Shown in pieces: positions 26,533 through 38,782 of a DNA stretch of 64,000 nt. Position 1 is the stretch's first letter, and each line of letters starts with the position of its first letter. The notes under the pieces are model-generated. The model searched no databases. It was given only the letters and a program-made list of their open reading frames with translations, and had not been told where the DNA came from. The stretch spans positions 7,626,001-7,690,000 of the forward strand of contig CATNEN010000034.1 of assembly GCA_950097015.1 (NCBI GenBank), given 5' to 3'. Origin of the DNA: Macrostomum hystrix. Its lineage: Eukaryota > Animalia > Platyhelminthes. A program made the position numbers and the translations under genes.

Positions 26533-27121
26533 AACTTGAGAATAAAGTTAACGTATATTAGCTTTACAAAGTTACCTGAAGCGAAACAATTTTAATCTGC
26601 ATTAGAATAAGCTTGCTAGACACAGGAGTGACAATCCCCAGTATTTGCTTATGTTAAACTTGCAGCTTTTAGAACGATATTGACCAATTCCTGTAGTGAT
26701 TATTGCTCTAGTCATTAAAGTGGGATTTAGCATCCGCTGCTGGTCTGGGATGCGTGGAACTCACGACTATAGAAGGCCAAGGTGAATGGCTTTAACGAGG
26801 CCATGAGCCTGTGTGAATAATTGAGACACTGTTGATTTGGCAGACACGAATAAAAACTAGACCATTATTACCATCGTCCCCACCGCCACCTGGCCGCTTC
26901 CTCCCAGATGCAGGTGGGCACTTGACGTCAAGCTGCCACTGGCGTGTCAAGCAAGTCAGAAAAAATATGCACGAGACAGGTCTAACACTGCTGCTGCTAC
27001 TGCTGCTACTGCTCATTCCATCATGACAGCCTGAGCACTTCAGCCGTGCAACAACCCAATAATAACTTTGATAAGAGCAAAGACAGCTTAGGAAAGTTTT
27101 TTTCCTGCCCCACCTGTTAAT

Positions 27122-27169
<48 letters not shown>
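27122..27169. repeat. (CAG)16 microsatellite
   Basis: Counted directly. Confidence 0.95.
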
Positions 27170-27176
<7 letters not shown>

Positions 27177-28069
27177 ATCAATTTTATTTATCCACATCAT
27201 CATTGCTGATGGGTTTGATGCAGAAATTCAAGCAGAGTTACTAATTGTCCCCAGCCCACTTGCCTACAGCCTGTCCATTGCTTTAAGTGCCCAAAAAGGC
27301 ATTTTAGCAATAATGAAAAGCAACAAATGCAGAAGAGAAACGCACACAATTTATTTTATCGCTTAGACACAAGCTCAGATAGAGAGGAAAAATAGTGAAG
27401 CTCTCATTGATTCTGTTTACTAAATCCTCTGCTGACCCTCTCCCGTGTGAGCAGACTATCAATTAATGGATGTTTCACCTCGGCTTTTAACTCGAAAGAG
27501 GATATTTTTTTCCCGTTGTCTGCAACTAACTCTTCTGCGCGATATCATTGTGCCGGGCCAGTCACGCAACCTGAAACAAATTTATTTAAGTTAAGAGTTA
27601 AGTTAAGCCTGCAAGCACTGGCAGAGAATTCGGGACAAAATATCTGTGCCCCCCCACCCCGGTCTCTTGCAATGTTCCACTCACCTCTGCTCCACTTGAC
27701 TCTCAGATAGCAGCAAAGCTATTGCAGCTTTTCTTTAACTTTCACTCGATTCTCAGCTGCTGCTGCTGTTGCTGATGCATCGGGACCACTTCTACATTGA
27801 GCACCTATGCTCCAGAGCCGATTGCAGCAACGAGACCCAGCTCTCAGCAACTGAAATCTTGCTGATCTATATAGATACTATTCATACACTCGAGGCTCTT
27901 CAATTGCTTGAGAATGGGCCGAAATATCTGAGCGTATTTTTGCATAGCTGTAAGCAACCCAACACAGTCTACAAATGTTCGGTGTGCTGAGTATAATTCA
28001 ATTCGGCCTGACAATTTATTGACACTAAGAACACGACTACTCTCACTGTATATTAACATCTTACCAATC

Positions 28070-28930
28070 TCCCATCCAATCTTCCCACCCTCCCATCCAA
28101 TCTTCCCACTCTCCCATCCAATCTTCCCACTCTCCCATCCAATCTTCCCACTCTCCCATCCAATGTTCCCACCCTTCCATCCAATCTTCCCACTCTCCCA
28201 TCCAATCTTCCCACTCTCCCATCCAATCTTCCCACTCTCCCATCCAATCTTCCCACTCTTCCATCCAATCTTCCCACTCTCCCATCCAATCTTCCCACCC
28301 TCCCATCCAATGTTCCCACTCTCCCATCCAATGTTCCCACCCTTCCATCCAATCTTCCCACTCTCCCATCCAATCTTCCCACTCTCCCATCCAATCTTCC
28401 CACTCTCCCATCCAATCTTCCCACTCTCCCATCCAATGTTCCCACCCTTCCATCCAATCTTCCCACTCTCCCATCCAATCTTCCCACTCTCCCATCCAAT
28501 CTTCCCACTCTCCCATCCAATCTTCCCACTCTTCCATCCAATCTTCCCACTCTCCCATCCAATCTTCCCACCCTCCCATCCAATGTTCCCACTCTCCCAT
28601 CCAATGTTCCCACCCTTCCATCCAATCTTCCCACTCTCCCATCCAATCTTCCCACTCTCCCATCCAATCTTCCCACTCTCCCATCCAATCTTCCCACTCT
28701 TCCATCCAATCTTCCCACTCTCCCATCCAATCTTCCCACTCTCCCATCCAATCTTCCCACTCTCCCATCCAATGTTCCCACCCTTCCATCCAATCTTCCC
28801 ACTCTCCCATCCAATCTTCCCACTCTCCCATCAAATCTTCCCACTCTCCCATCCAATCTTCCACTCTCCCATCCAATATTCCCATTCTCCCATCCAATCT
28901 TCCCACTCTCCCATCCAATATTCCCATTCT
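28070..28930. repeat. Minisatellite, 21-bp unit CCCATCCAATCTTCCCACTCT x~41
   Basis: Directly visible. Confidence 0.97.
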
Positions 28931-29402
28931 TCCATGAAATATTAAAATTCTTCCACTTGGAAACAAACGCAAATAAATTTAAGTGAAATCGCGAATCTGT
29001 TTTACAATTAACGTCGCAGAGAGCCCATTGAAATGGACAGCAAACAATTGCACAATGGAGAAAGTATATTTTTTAGGCTGACTTAACGTAAGCGAACCGA
29101 GAACATGAGTTAATAAAATGCTTGAACTGATTGATTTAAAAAAGCACTAATTAAGTCGCCAATTAAATTAGCGACATAACAAACAGCTGAGACTAAATAG
29201 CCTTGGTCGTCTTGTCCGTCAGCAGCCGGTCAGTCAGCTCCAACAGTTTGGCCAGTGAGCTGCCGTGACGGCTCAGGCTGCTGTCCGCTTGAGCTGCCAG
29301 GACTTCCGGGCTGACCCGCGGCACGCAGGTCCTTGCGGCTTCCTGAGCAGCCTGCGAGAAGGTTGGCGCGAACGTGACAGACTCAGTGAAATCTTCTGCC
29401 AC

Positions 29403-29895
29403 ACTGTCACTCTCTGCTTTCATAGTGCCACTCTCCAGTCTCATTGTGTCACTCTCCAGTCTCATTGTGCCACTCTCCAGTCTCATTGTGTCACTCTCCA
29501 GTCTCATTGTGTCACTCTCCAGTCTCATTGTGCCACTCTCCAGTCTCATTGTGTCACTCTCCAGTCTCATTGTGTCACTCTCCAGTCTCATTGTGCCACT
29601 CTCCAGTCTCATTGTGTCACTCTCCAGTCTCATAGTGCCACTCTCCAGTCTCATTGTGTCACTCTCCAGTCTCATTGTGCCACTCTCCAGTCTCATTGTG
29701 TCACTCTCCAGTCTCATTGTGTCACTCTCCAGTCTCATTGTGACACTCTCCAGTCTCATTGTGTCACTCTCCAGTCTCATTGTGCCACTCTCCGCTCTCA
29801 TTGTGTCACTCTCCAGTCTCATTGTGTCACTCTCCAGTCTCATTGTGCCACTCTCCAGTCTCATTGTGCCACTCTCCAGTCTCATTGTGCCACTC
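29403..29895. repeat. Minisatellite, 21-bp unit GTCACTCTCCAGTCTCATTGT x~23
   Basis: Directly visible. Confidence 0.96.
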
Positions 29896-31164
29896 TCCCC
29901 TCTCCCCTAACAAAAACGAATCTGCTGTTTTTGTTAAGCTCAGCGAAAGTGCAATCAGACGCTCTCACAATTTTGATCCCTAATCCATTTGATCTAACTA
30001 TACGAGTTCCTTCCCCAATTTACTCCGCTCCCAACAAAATCAGCAAACAGGATTTTCGAACAGACAAATAGAGCAATTAGCAAATTTTTTTGATTCCGGA
30101 ATTAAGTTCTAGATTGCAGAGTTTGAGTAATAGATAGAACAGGAAGGCACGGACAGACAGAGACAAATGAATGGAGAGTGAGAAGTTAATATTTGGTAGC
30201 CACGGGATACGACAACAGCAGCAGCAACAGCAGCAGCAACAGCAGCAGGGTTAGTTCTGTCGACTTGCATCGATGATTGAGAAATGGAAGCTGAGCACAG
30301 CAGGCCGAGTTGCACATAATTGTCAGCCCCTCAATTTCGCTATCCGCTCCGTCTGCATTGGAACAGGCCGTCCGCCCCCAATGTAAATATATATAAATAT
30401 ACACGTTAAGCGAGAATCAAATCATTTCCTAGCCTAGTCATTTTACCTCATTAATAGCCCCCACCCAAGCAAGTCAACCCTCGCACCCGCTTCCTCCTGA
30501 CTCGAATTTGCGCCGGGGTCGCATCGTCAGAGACCGGGGCGGCCGAGTGTCAGATTTCCTGCATTCGGTCTGCTTTGGCACTAATTCAATCAGTGAGAAC
30601 TGACAGCCTATAGCTTGACTAGGAAAGCAAATCCCTTGAGAGGCTGTCGCCATCCCCTTGCCTGCCCCCCCCGCTCTCCACTTTCCTTCGTCCCTTCTCC
30701 CATCGGGGCGGGGGGAGAGGAGAGATTCGACCCGAAGCTGCCTTCTGGCTACCAGATTTTCGTGGCCAGCGAATTGCCGCCAAGCCTCCCTACTGACTAA
30801 CTAACAACTATATGCTGGCTGCTCATCTCCGACTCCTGTTGCTGTCCCTGTCTCAACCTTCTCTTCATCTCCCTAGACTCTGCAGCTACAGTTGGGACTT
30901 CAACGAGGGCCAAATAACGAGAGAAATGCTTAATTAGGGCTGAGCAGAGGACAGGGAATAAGTGAATGAGCAAGTGGACGCGGTTTTAGCTGTGTTGCAG
31001 ACAGTCATGGATTGCAGCCCACACGGTCAGCCACTGGGAAATCACTGGGATAGTTCCCCCTCGGAGAGGATAAAAGACTGTCGGGAATAGCTGTAGACAG
31101 TTTAACACAATGTACTAAGCAAATATTTAGAGCAGAGGCCTAGGAAATGGAAACAAACAATAAA

Positions 31165-33680
31165 TGAGGATAAACTGAGACACTCGGAATGGGGATAATC
31201 TGAGATACTTAAGAATGGGGATAATCTGAGATACTTGGGAATGGGGATAATCTGAGATACTTGGGAATGGGGATAATCTAAGATACTCTGGAATGGGGAT
31301 AATCTGAGATACTCGGGAATGGGGATAATATGAGATACTCAGGAATGGGGATAATCTGAGAAACTCAGGAATGGGGATAATCTAAGATACTCTGGAATGG
31401 GGATAATCTGAGATACTCGGGAATGGGGATAATATGAGATACTCAGGAATGGGGATAATCTGAGAAATTCGGGAATGGGGATAATCTGAGAAATTCGGGA
31501 ATGGGGATAATCTGAAAAACTCGGGAATGGGGATACTCTGAGAAACTCGGGAATGGGGATAATCTGAGAAACTCGGGAATGGGGATACTCTGAGAAACTC
31601 GGGAATGGGGATACTCTGAGAAACTCGGGAATGGGGATAATCTGAGAAACTCGGGAATGGGGATAATCTGAGATACTCGGGAATGTGGATAATCTGAAAA
31701 ACTCGGGAATGTGGATAATCTGAGACACTCGGGAATGGGGATAAACTGAGATACTCGGGAATGAGGATAAACTGAGATACTCGGGAATGGGGATAAACTG
31801 AGACACTCGGGAATGGGGATAATCTGAGATACTCGGGAATGTGGATAATCTGAAAAACTCGGGAATGGGGATAAACTGAGATACTCGGGAATGGGGATAA
31901 ACTGAGACACTCGGGAATGGGGATAATCTGAGATACTCGGGAATGGGGATAATCTGAAAAACTCGGGAATGTGGATAATCTGAAAAACTCGGGAATGTGG
32001 ATAATCTGAGATACTCGGAAATGGGGATAATCTGAAAAACTCGGGAATGTGGATAATCTGAGATACTCGGAAATGGGGATAAACTGAGATACTCGGGAAT
32101 GGGGATAATCTGAGATACTCGGGAATGGGGATAATCTGAGATACTCGGGAATGGGGATAATCTGAGATACTCGGGAATGGGGATAATCTGAGATACTCGG
32201 GAATGGGGATAATCTGAAAAACTCGGGAATGGGGATAATCTGAGAAACTCGGGAATGGGGATAATCTGAGATACTCGGGAATGGGGATAATCTAAGAAAC
32301 TCAGGAATGGGGATAATCTAAGATACTCTGGAATGGGGATAATCTGAGATACTCGGGAATGGGGATAATATGAGATACTCAGGAATGGGGATAATCTGAG
32401 ATACTCGGGAATGGGGATAATATGAGATACTCAGGAATGGGGATAATCTGAGAAATTCGGGAATGGGGATAATCTGAAAAACTCGGGAATGGGGATAATC
32501 TGAAAAACTCGGGAATGAGGATAATCTGAAAAACTCGGGAATGGGGATAATCTGAGATACTCGGGAATGGGGATAATCTGAAAAACTCGGGAATGAGGAT
32601 AATCTGAAAAACTCGGGAATGGGGATAATCTGAGAAACTCGGGAATGGGGATAATCTGAAAAACTCGGGAATGGGGATAATCTGAGATACTCGGGAATGG
32701 GGATAATCTGAAAAACTCGGGAATGGGGATAATCTGAAAAACTCGGGAATGGGGATACTCTGAGATACTCGGGAATGAGGATAAACTGAGACACTCGGGA
32801 ATGAGGATAATCTGAGATACTCGGGAATGTGGATAATCTGAGATACTCGGGAATGTGGATAATCTGAGATACTCGGGAATGGGAATAATCTGAGATACTC
32901 GGCAATGAGGATAATCTGAGAAACTCGGGAATGGGGATACTCTGAGAAACTCGGGAATGGGGATAATCTAAGATACTCAGGAATGGGGATAATCTGAGAT
33001 ACCCTGGGATAATCTGAGATACTCGGGAATGGGGATAATCCAAGATACCCAGGAATGGGGATAATCTGAGATACTCGGGAATGGGGATAATCTGAGAAAC
33101 TCGGGAATGGGGATACTCTGAGAAACTCGGGAATGGGGATACTCTGAGAAACTCGGGAATGGGGATAATCTGAGAAACTCGGGAATGGGGATAAACTGAG
33201 ATACTCGGGAATGTGGATACTCTGAGAAACTCGGGAATGGGGATACTCTGAGAAACTCGGGAATGGGGATAATCTGAGAAACTCGGGAATGGGGATAATC
33301 TGAGATACTCGGGAATGGGGATACTCTGAGAAACTCGGGAATGGGGATACTCTGAGAAACTCGGGAATGAGGATAAACTGAGAAACTCGGGAATGGGGAT
33401 AATCTGAGAAACTCGGGAATGGGGATAATCTGAGAAACTCGGGAATGGGGATAAACTGAGATACTCGGGAATGGGGATACTCTGAGAAACTCGGGAATGG
33501 GGATACTCTGAGAAACTCGGGAATGAGGATAAACTGAGAAACTCGGGAATGTGGATAATCTGAGAAACTCGGGAATGGGGATAATCTGAGATGCTCTGGA
33601 ATGGGGAAAATCTGAGATACTCGGGAATGGGAATAATCTGAGATACTCGGCAATGGGGATAATCTGACATAGATGAGGAT
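31165..33680. repeat. Minisatellite, 26-bp unit GGGAATGGGGATAATCTGAGATACTC x~96
   Basis: Directly visible. Confidence 0.98.
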
Positions 33681-34577
33681 AAACTCCGAATAAAAAAGGC
33701 ATTATTTCAAGCAACATAATATTAGTGAGCAGGCTTTTTGAACAAATCATTAAGCGCCGAATAAATATACAATCGTCAAATAAAATTTATGAAATCGAAA
33801 AGCTGAATTTGGAATTTCTAAATAAGCAACAGCTTGCTAACTGGACTGCCTGAAGACCAAGTCGAGACAAGTTTAATTTTCGCAACACACCCAGGGGACG
33901 CACACAATTCTCCCATTAATAATATCCCATTGCACCCCTAAACACAAGAGGAGCCACTGAGCTGTTCTCGATGACAATTAGATAAAGACTGACCCCAGGT
34001 CCAAAATAACGCCAATAATTAAATAATAAAATATGCCAAGCCATGAGTGAGTTGAGAACTCAACAAGTGAATCAAGCTGCCTCTCAATATCAGATTGGAC
34101 CATAGATCAAGGGTGGGGGGCAGTTTTCGTAGAAATTGATCTAAATCGCCGACAAGCAGAAGGCCTGGCCAGTCATATAGTTTATTATGATTACAATTAT
34201 TACTATGCGATCACGGTTACAGTTAGCCGAGCTGTGTGGCGACAATTCAACATAAAAAATGTCTCTAGATTACAACAACCGAACCCTAGGGGGGGGGATT
34301 CGAGCTTATCTAACAACTAACAGAAGATGCTAGCAATTCTTCATTGCCTCAAGGGACGCTTCGAAAGCAGGGAGAACAAAAAAACAGAACTTGCGACATT
34401 CTCTTCCTCTGGTCATCGCACGCTTTTCTTCTGCTCATTTTTAGACACATGGCAATATGGAATTGCCAATTTAATTGCTCGAAATTATTCTTAAACAATT
34501 ACATGGATCTGAGAGGTCACGATATCTATTCCCAGACCAAGTGTTGCCTCTCACTCCACTCTCCCATTTTGCCAGTC

Positions 34578-34980
34578 TTTCCATTCTGTCAATTCCCTCT
34601 CCCATTCTGTCGATTCCCTCTCCCATTCTGTCACTTCCCTCTCCCATTCTGTCACTTCCCTCTCCCATTCTGTCACTTCCCTCTCCCATTCTGTCACTTC
34701 CCTCTCCCATTCTGTCACTTCCCTCTCCCATTCTGTCACTTCCCTCTCCCATTCTGTCGATTCTCTCTCCCATTCTGTCGATTCCCTCTCCCATTCTGTC
34801 GATTCCCTCTCCCATTCTGTCACTTCCCTCTCCCATTCTGTCACTTCCCTCTCCCATTCTGTCACTTCCCTCTCCCATTCTGTCACTTCCCTCTCCCATT
34901 CTGTCGATTCCCTCTCCCATTCTGTCGATTCCCTCTCCCATTCTGTCGATTCCCTCTCCCATTCTGTCGATTCCCTCTCC
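34578..34980. repeat. Minisatellite, 21-bp unit TCTCCCATTCTGTCACTTCCC x~19
   Basis: Directly visible. Confidence 0.96.
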
Positions 34981-37007
34981 CCTCCCATTCAATATTCGTC
35001 TTCTAAACAGTCTCCAACTGGTCTTTAACATCGCGATGACATCCTTAGCCGCGCAGCCACCTCAGCTGCGCGGCTGTCATTGTTTTGCCAGCAAACCGAT
35101 TGTCGTCAATTCGCCGCAGACAAGACGAACAGCGAGAAATAGCAGCCACTCTTATAGACAGCACACTCGGCAACACTTTAAGTGGCAATCCTTGATGTTC
35201 AACTCCCATTTAAAGGTTGAAAAGTCGTCTAATTTACTAGACAATACATATCTGAATAACACTGCGCCCCCCCTAACAACACAGACAAGAACAGAAGGCA
35301 CAACTGTAAGACACAATGAATAAGCATAAAACTATATTAACTAACCTAACGTGTCCGCATATATTACCCTCTAGGGGAAAATTGTGCGCGTTGTGACAGA
35401 CAGCTTGGCAACGAGACTTTGTGAAAATTTGTTGTAATAAGTAATAATAATAATAATAATAATAATACTGATTTCTAAAACAATACACAAGGAGAGCCAT
35501 CTGGTTGATGGAAGAAAATATCTGTAACTAATTCACGTGTGCTCATGGCCAATTTGACACACTTCTCAAGTAGTCAGGACACCCGGACAACAATAAGCCA
35601 CTGGAACTGAACCACACCGCTTTGAAGAACCAATTCTGGTACAAAAACGAGGATTTTTTCAAGCTATTCTCGTGGCGCGTTTCATCTGTATAGCCACTTG
35701 TGAGGACTAGATCAAGTCTTGCAAGCTGCCATGCGGTTGTTACGATGCTCAGAAATGTGTAAATACCTTCTACTCTCAAACACGAACACCCTTTTTGTTT
35801 AATAATAAATCACTCACTATTACTATAATAGTAAATAACGGTCCACTTTTTTAAAATTCATTTAGATGGGTAAGTCTGCTGGACAAGGAGGTAGTTTTCT
35901 ACCACATTAATTATGAGTCAGAAAATAGATTCAAATTTGTCCAGTTAAAGCTAGCTGTTTGCTCAGTGTAGAAGATTCAAATTCAGCAGCAGCAGCGATT
36001 GTAAGCAATGGATCAATGGAGAGAGAGTGTGTGTGTGTGTGTATTTTGTCCCTGAGACAACACAGGAAAAGATTGGAAGCGAAATGCGGCCTAGCAATGC
36101 AGACTCAAAGAAGTGGAAGCGTTAAAGCAGCAATGAAAGCAGGAAATGCATTCTAGTCGTAGCGCTGTGCTGAGACAAATAGACAAATTATAGAGATTGA
36201 ACAAACACGCCGCGCTCCTAATGCAGCCGTGGTTTTTAGGATTTGGGATTTTTTAAAATCTATATAAGAAGATGGGATGATTTCTGTGTACGTGGGTTGT
36301 CGCGCTTCCGTAGTTAACAGGTCCAAGACACTGCAGCAAGCACACCCAGAATTGACTATTATAAGTTAAAGAAACAAAGAATGCGAGACAGATCTCAGCA
36401 GATGGAGACAGGAAAGCTTAAAGCGACACTTCCGCTGTGGGGTTAGAGAAATCTCGCTTTAAACTGAATCCCAACCAAGTAAACCTAGAGGCAGGAAAAC
36501 AGAAATCAGATTCGCATTGCGATTAAGGCGCAGAAAGCGTACAGAAAAGCCAGTAGCAGGATGTTGAAGTAGGCGCGCGTTTTTATACCGATGAAGCTGA
36601 GAGCGCAGGAAAAACAGTGGAGCTACAAAAATCTAGGTTTTTACCACTCAACCGGTCAGACATAGAAAATCTTCGCACACTATTATAATGATTGCGAAGA
36701 AAATTAATGCTAATTTCGCATTTAGTCCGTTCTCAAAGCGATCTCAAAAAACGAAACGAGATCGTTCGGAAAAAAAGCCGAGCCGATCACATACTTAACA
36801 AGCCGATCTTGAAGAATATTTTGCGCCAATCCCCAGTGCAAACAAAATTGTGAGCAGAAACAGCTCAAAGCAAAATTAAGCTCAAAGGATTATCGCCAAA
36901 TCCAACATTGCGAAAATAGGGGGCCTCTGCTGTTTTCAGGAGCAAGCAAACAGAGGATAGGTGCCTAGCACTTATTGACACACTGACTGGGCTGGCTTAA
37001 TAGGATC

Positions 37008-37958
37008 TGGAGACTGAGGGAACTGAAGGCCTGGAGACTGAGGGAAATGAAGGCCTGGAGACTGAGGGAACTGAAGGCCTGGAGACTGAGGGAACTGAAG
37101 GCCTGGAGACTGAGGGAACTGAAGGCCTGGAGACTGAGGGAAATGAAGGCCTGGAGACTGAGGGAACTGAAGGCCTGGAGACTGAGGGAAATGAAGGCCT
37201 GGAGACTGAGGGAACTGAAGGCCTGGAGACTGAGGGAACTGAAGGCCTGGAGACTGAGGGAAATGAAGGCTTGGAGACTGAGGGAAATGAAGGCCTGGAG
37301 ACTGAGGGAAATGAAGGCCTGGAGACTGAGGGAAATGAAGGCTTGGAGACTGAGGGAAATGAAGGCTTGGAGACGGAGGGAACTGAAGGCCTGGAGACTG
37401 AGGGAAATGAAGGCCTGGAGACTGAGAGAACTGAAGGCCTGGAGACTGAGGGAACTGAAGGCCTGGAGACTGAGGGAACTGAAGGCCTGGAGACTGAGGG
37501 AACTGAAGGCCTGGAGACTGAGGGAACTGAAAGCCTGGAGACTGAGGGAACTGAAGGCCTGGAGACTGAGGGAAATGAAGGCCTGGAGACTGAGGGAACT
37601 GAAAGCCTGGAGACTGAGGGAACTGAAGGCCTGGAGACTGAGGGAACTGAAGGCCTGGAGACTGAGGGAACTGAAGGCCTGGAGACTGAGGGAACTGAAG
37701 GCCTGGAGACTGAGGGAAATGAAGGCCTGGAGACTGAGGGAACTGAATGTCTGGAGACTGAGGGAACTGAAGGCCTGGAGACTGAGGGAACTGAAAGCCT
37801 GGAGACTGAGGGAACTGAAGGCCTGGAGACTGAGGGAACTGAAAGCCTGGAGACTGAGGGAACTGAAGGCCTGGAGACTGAGGGAAATGAAGGCCTGGAG
37901 ACTGAGGGAACTGAAGGCCTAGAGACTGAGGGAACTGAAGGTCTGGAGACTGAGGGAA
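37008..37958. repeat. Minisatellite, 24-bp unit GGAGACTGAGGGAACTGAAGGCCT x~40
   Basis: Directly visible. Confidence 0.97.
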
Positions 37959-38782
37959 CATAAAAACGGAAACAATGGGCTGAGTTGGGTCTTAAAAAAG
38001 CCAGCAAACTAAAAGAAGAAGTGTCCTGACAGCTGCGAACAATTGACTGATAAGAGCGGTCCGGCACACTCCGGGAACTAACAATTGTCAGAGGGCGGCA
38101 CGCAGCTTAGAGGTGAGACTGCACGCCACTGAGAGTGATGAGGCAATTGAGATTCGCGGGAACACGCGCCAAAAAAACGATCCGGTGTACACAATGGGAT
38201 AGCTATCATTGAAGGCTGGGGATAAAATCCCATCTAGGAGCAGGTGCGGAAGCTAAGCTATGTACTCAATATTTGCCACTGGAGTTGAATAGGAGAAAGT
38301 GAACGTCTTGCTTTGGTTGCTTGATGCCCGCGCAACAACACTCCTAACACTAACACTCCACGCAGCATGCTGTTTGATCCACCCAGATCCCCATTCCCCC
38401 AGGTAGAGAGGACGCGTGAGCATATAATTATCCCACACTGTCGGGGGAAAGCAATGGGGTGTTGCTCAAACATTGGCTAGCATGTCTTTTAGAAGAAGAA
38501 CAAGAGCAAACACGCAAGAGTCGCATTGATATTTCCGAATTTGTTTGTCTTAATAAACAGTCGCGCTAGCCTAGGCGGTTCCAGTTTAGTTTTGCTTCAT
38601 GATATCCAGTAGTAGGAGTGTGTGGCGCAACTCACCCACTCAGTCCGCGAGCAGCTAATATATATGTAGATATATTAGTAATTTTAGACACTATTTTCTG
38701 CATGTACCATATTAGCTCGAAGCATGCACTAGACTATGGGTCCACAACCCATGTGCGCTGCGCTGCCGGAGTGGCCACGTAG

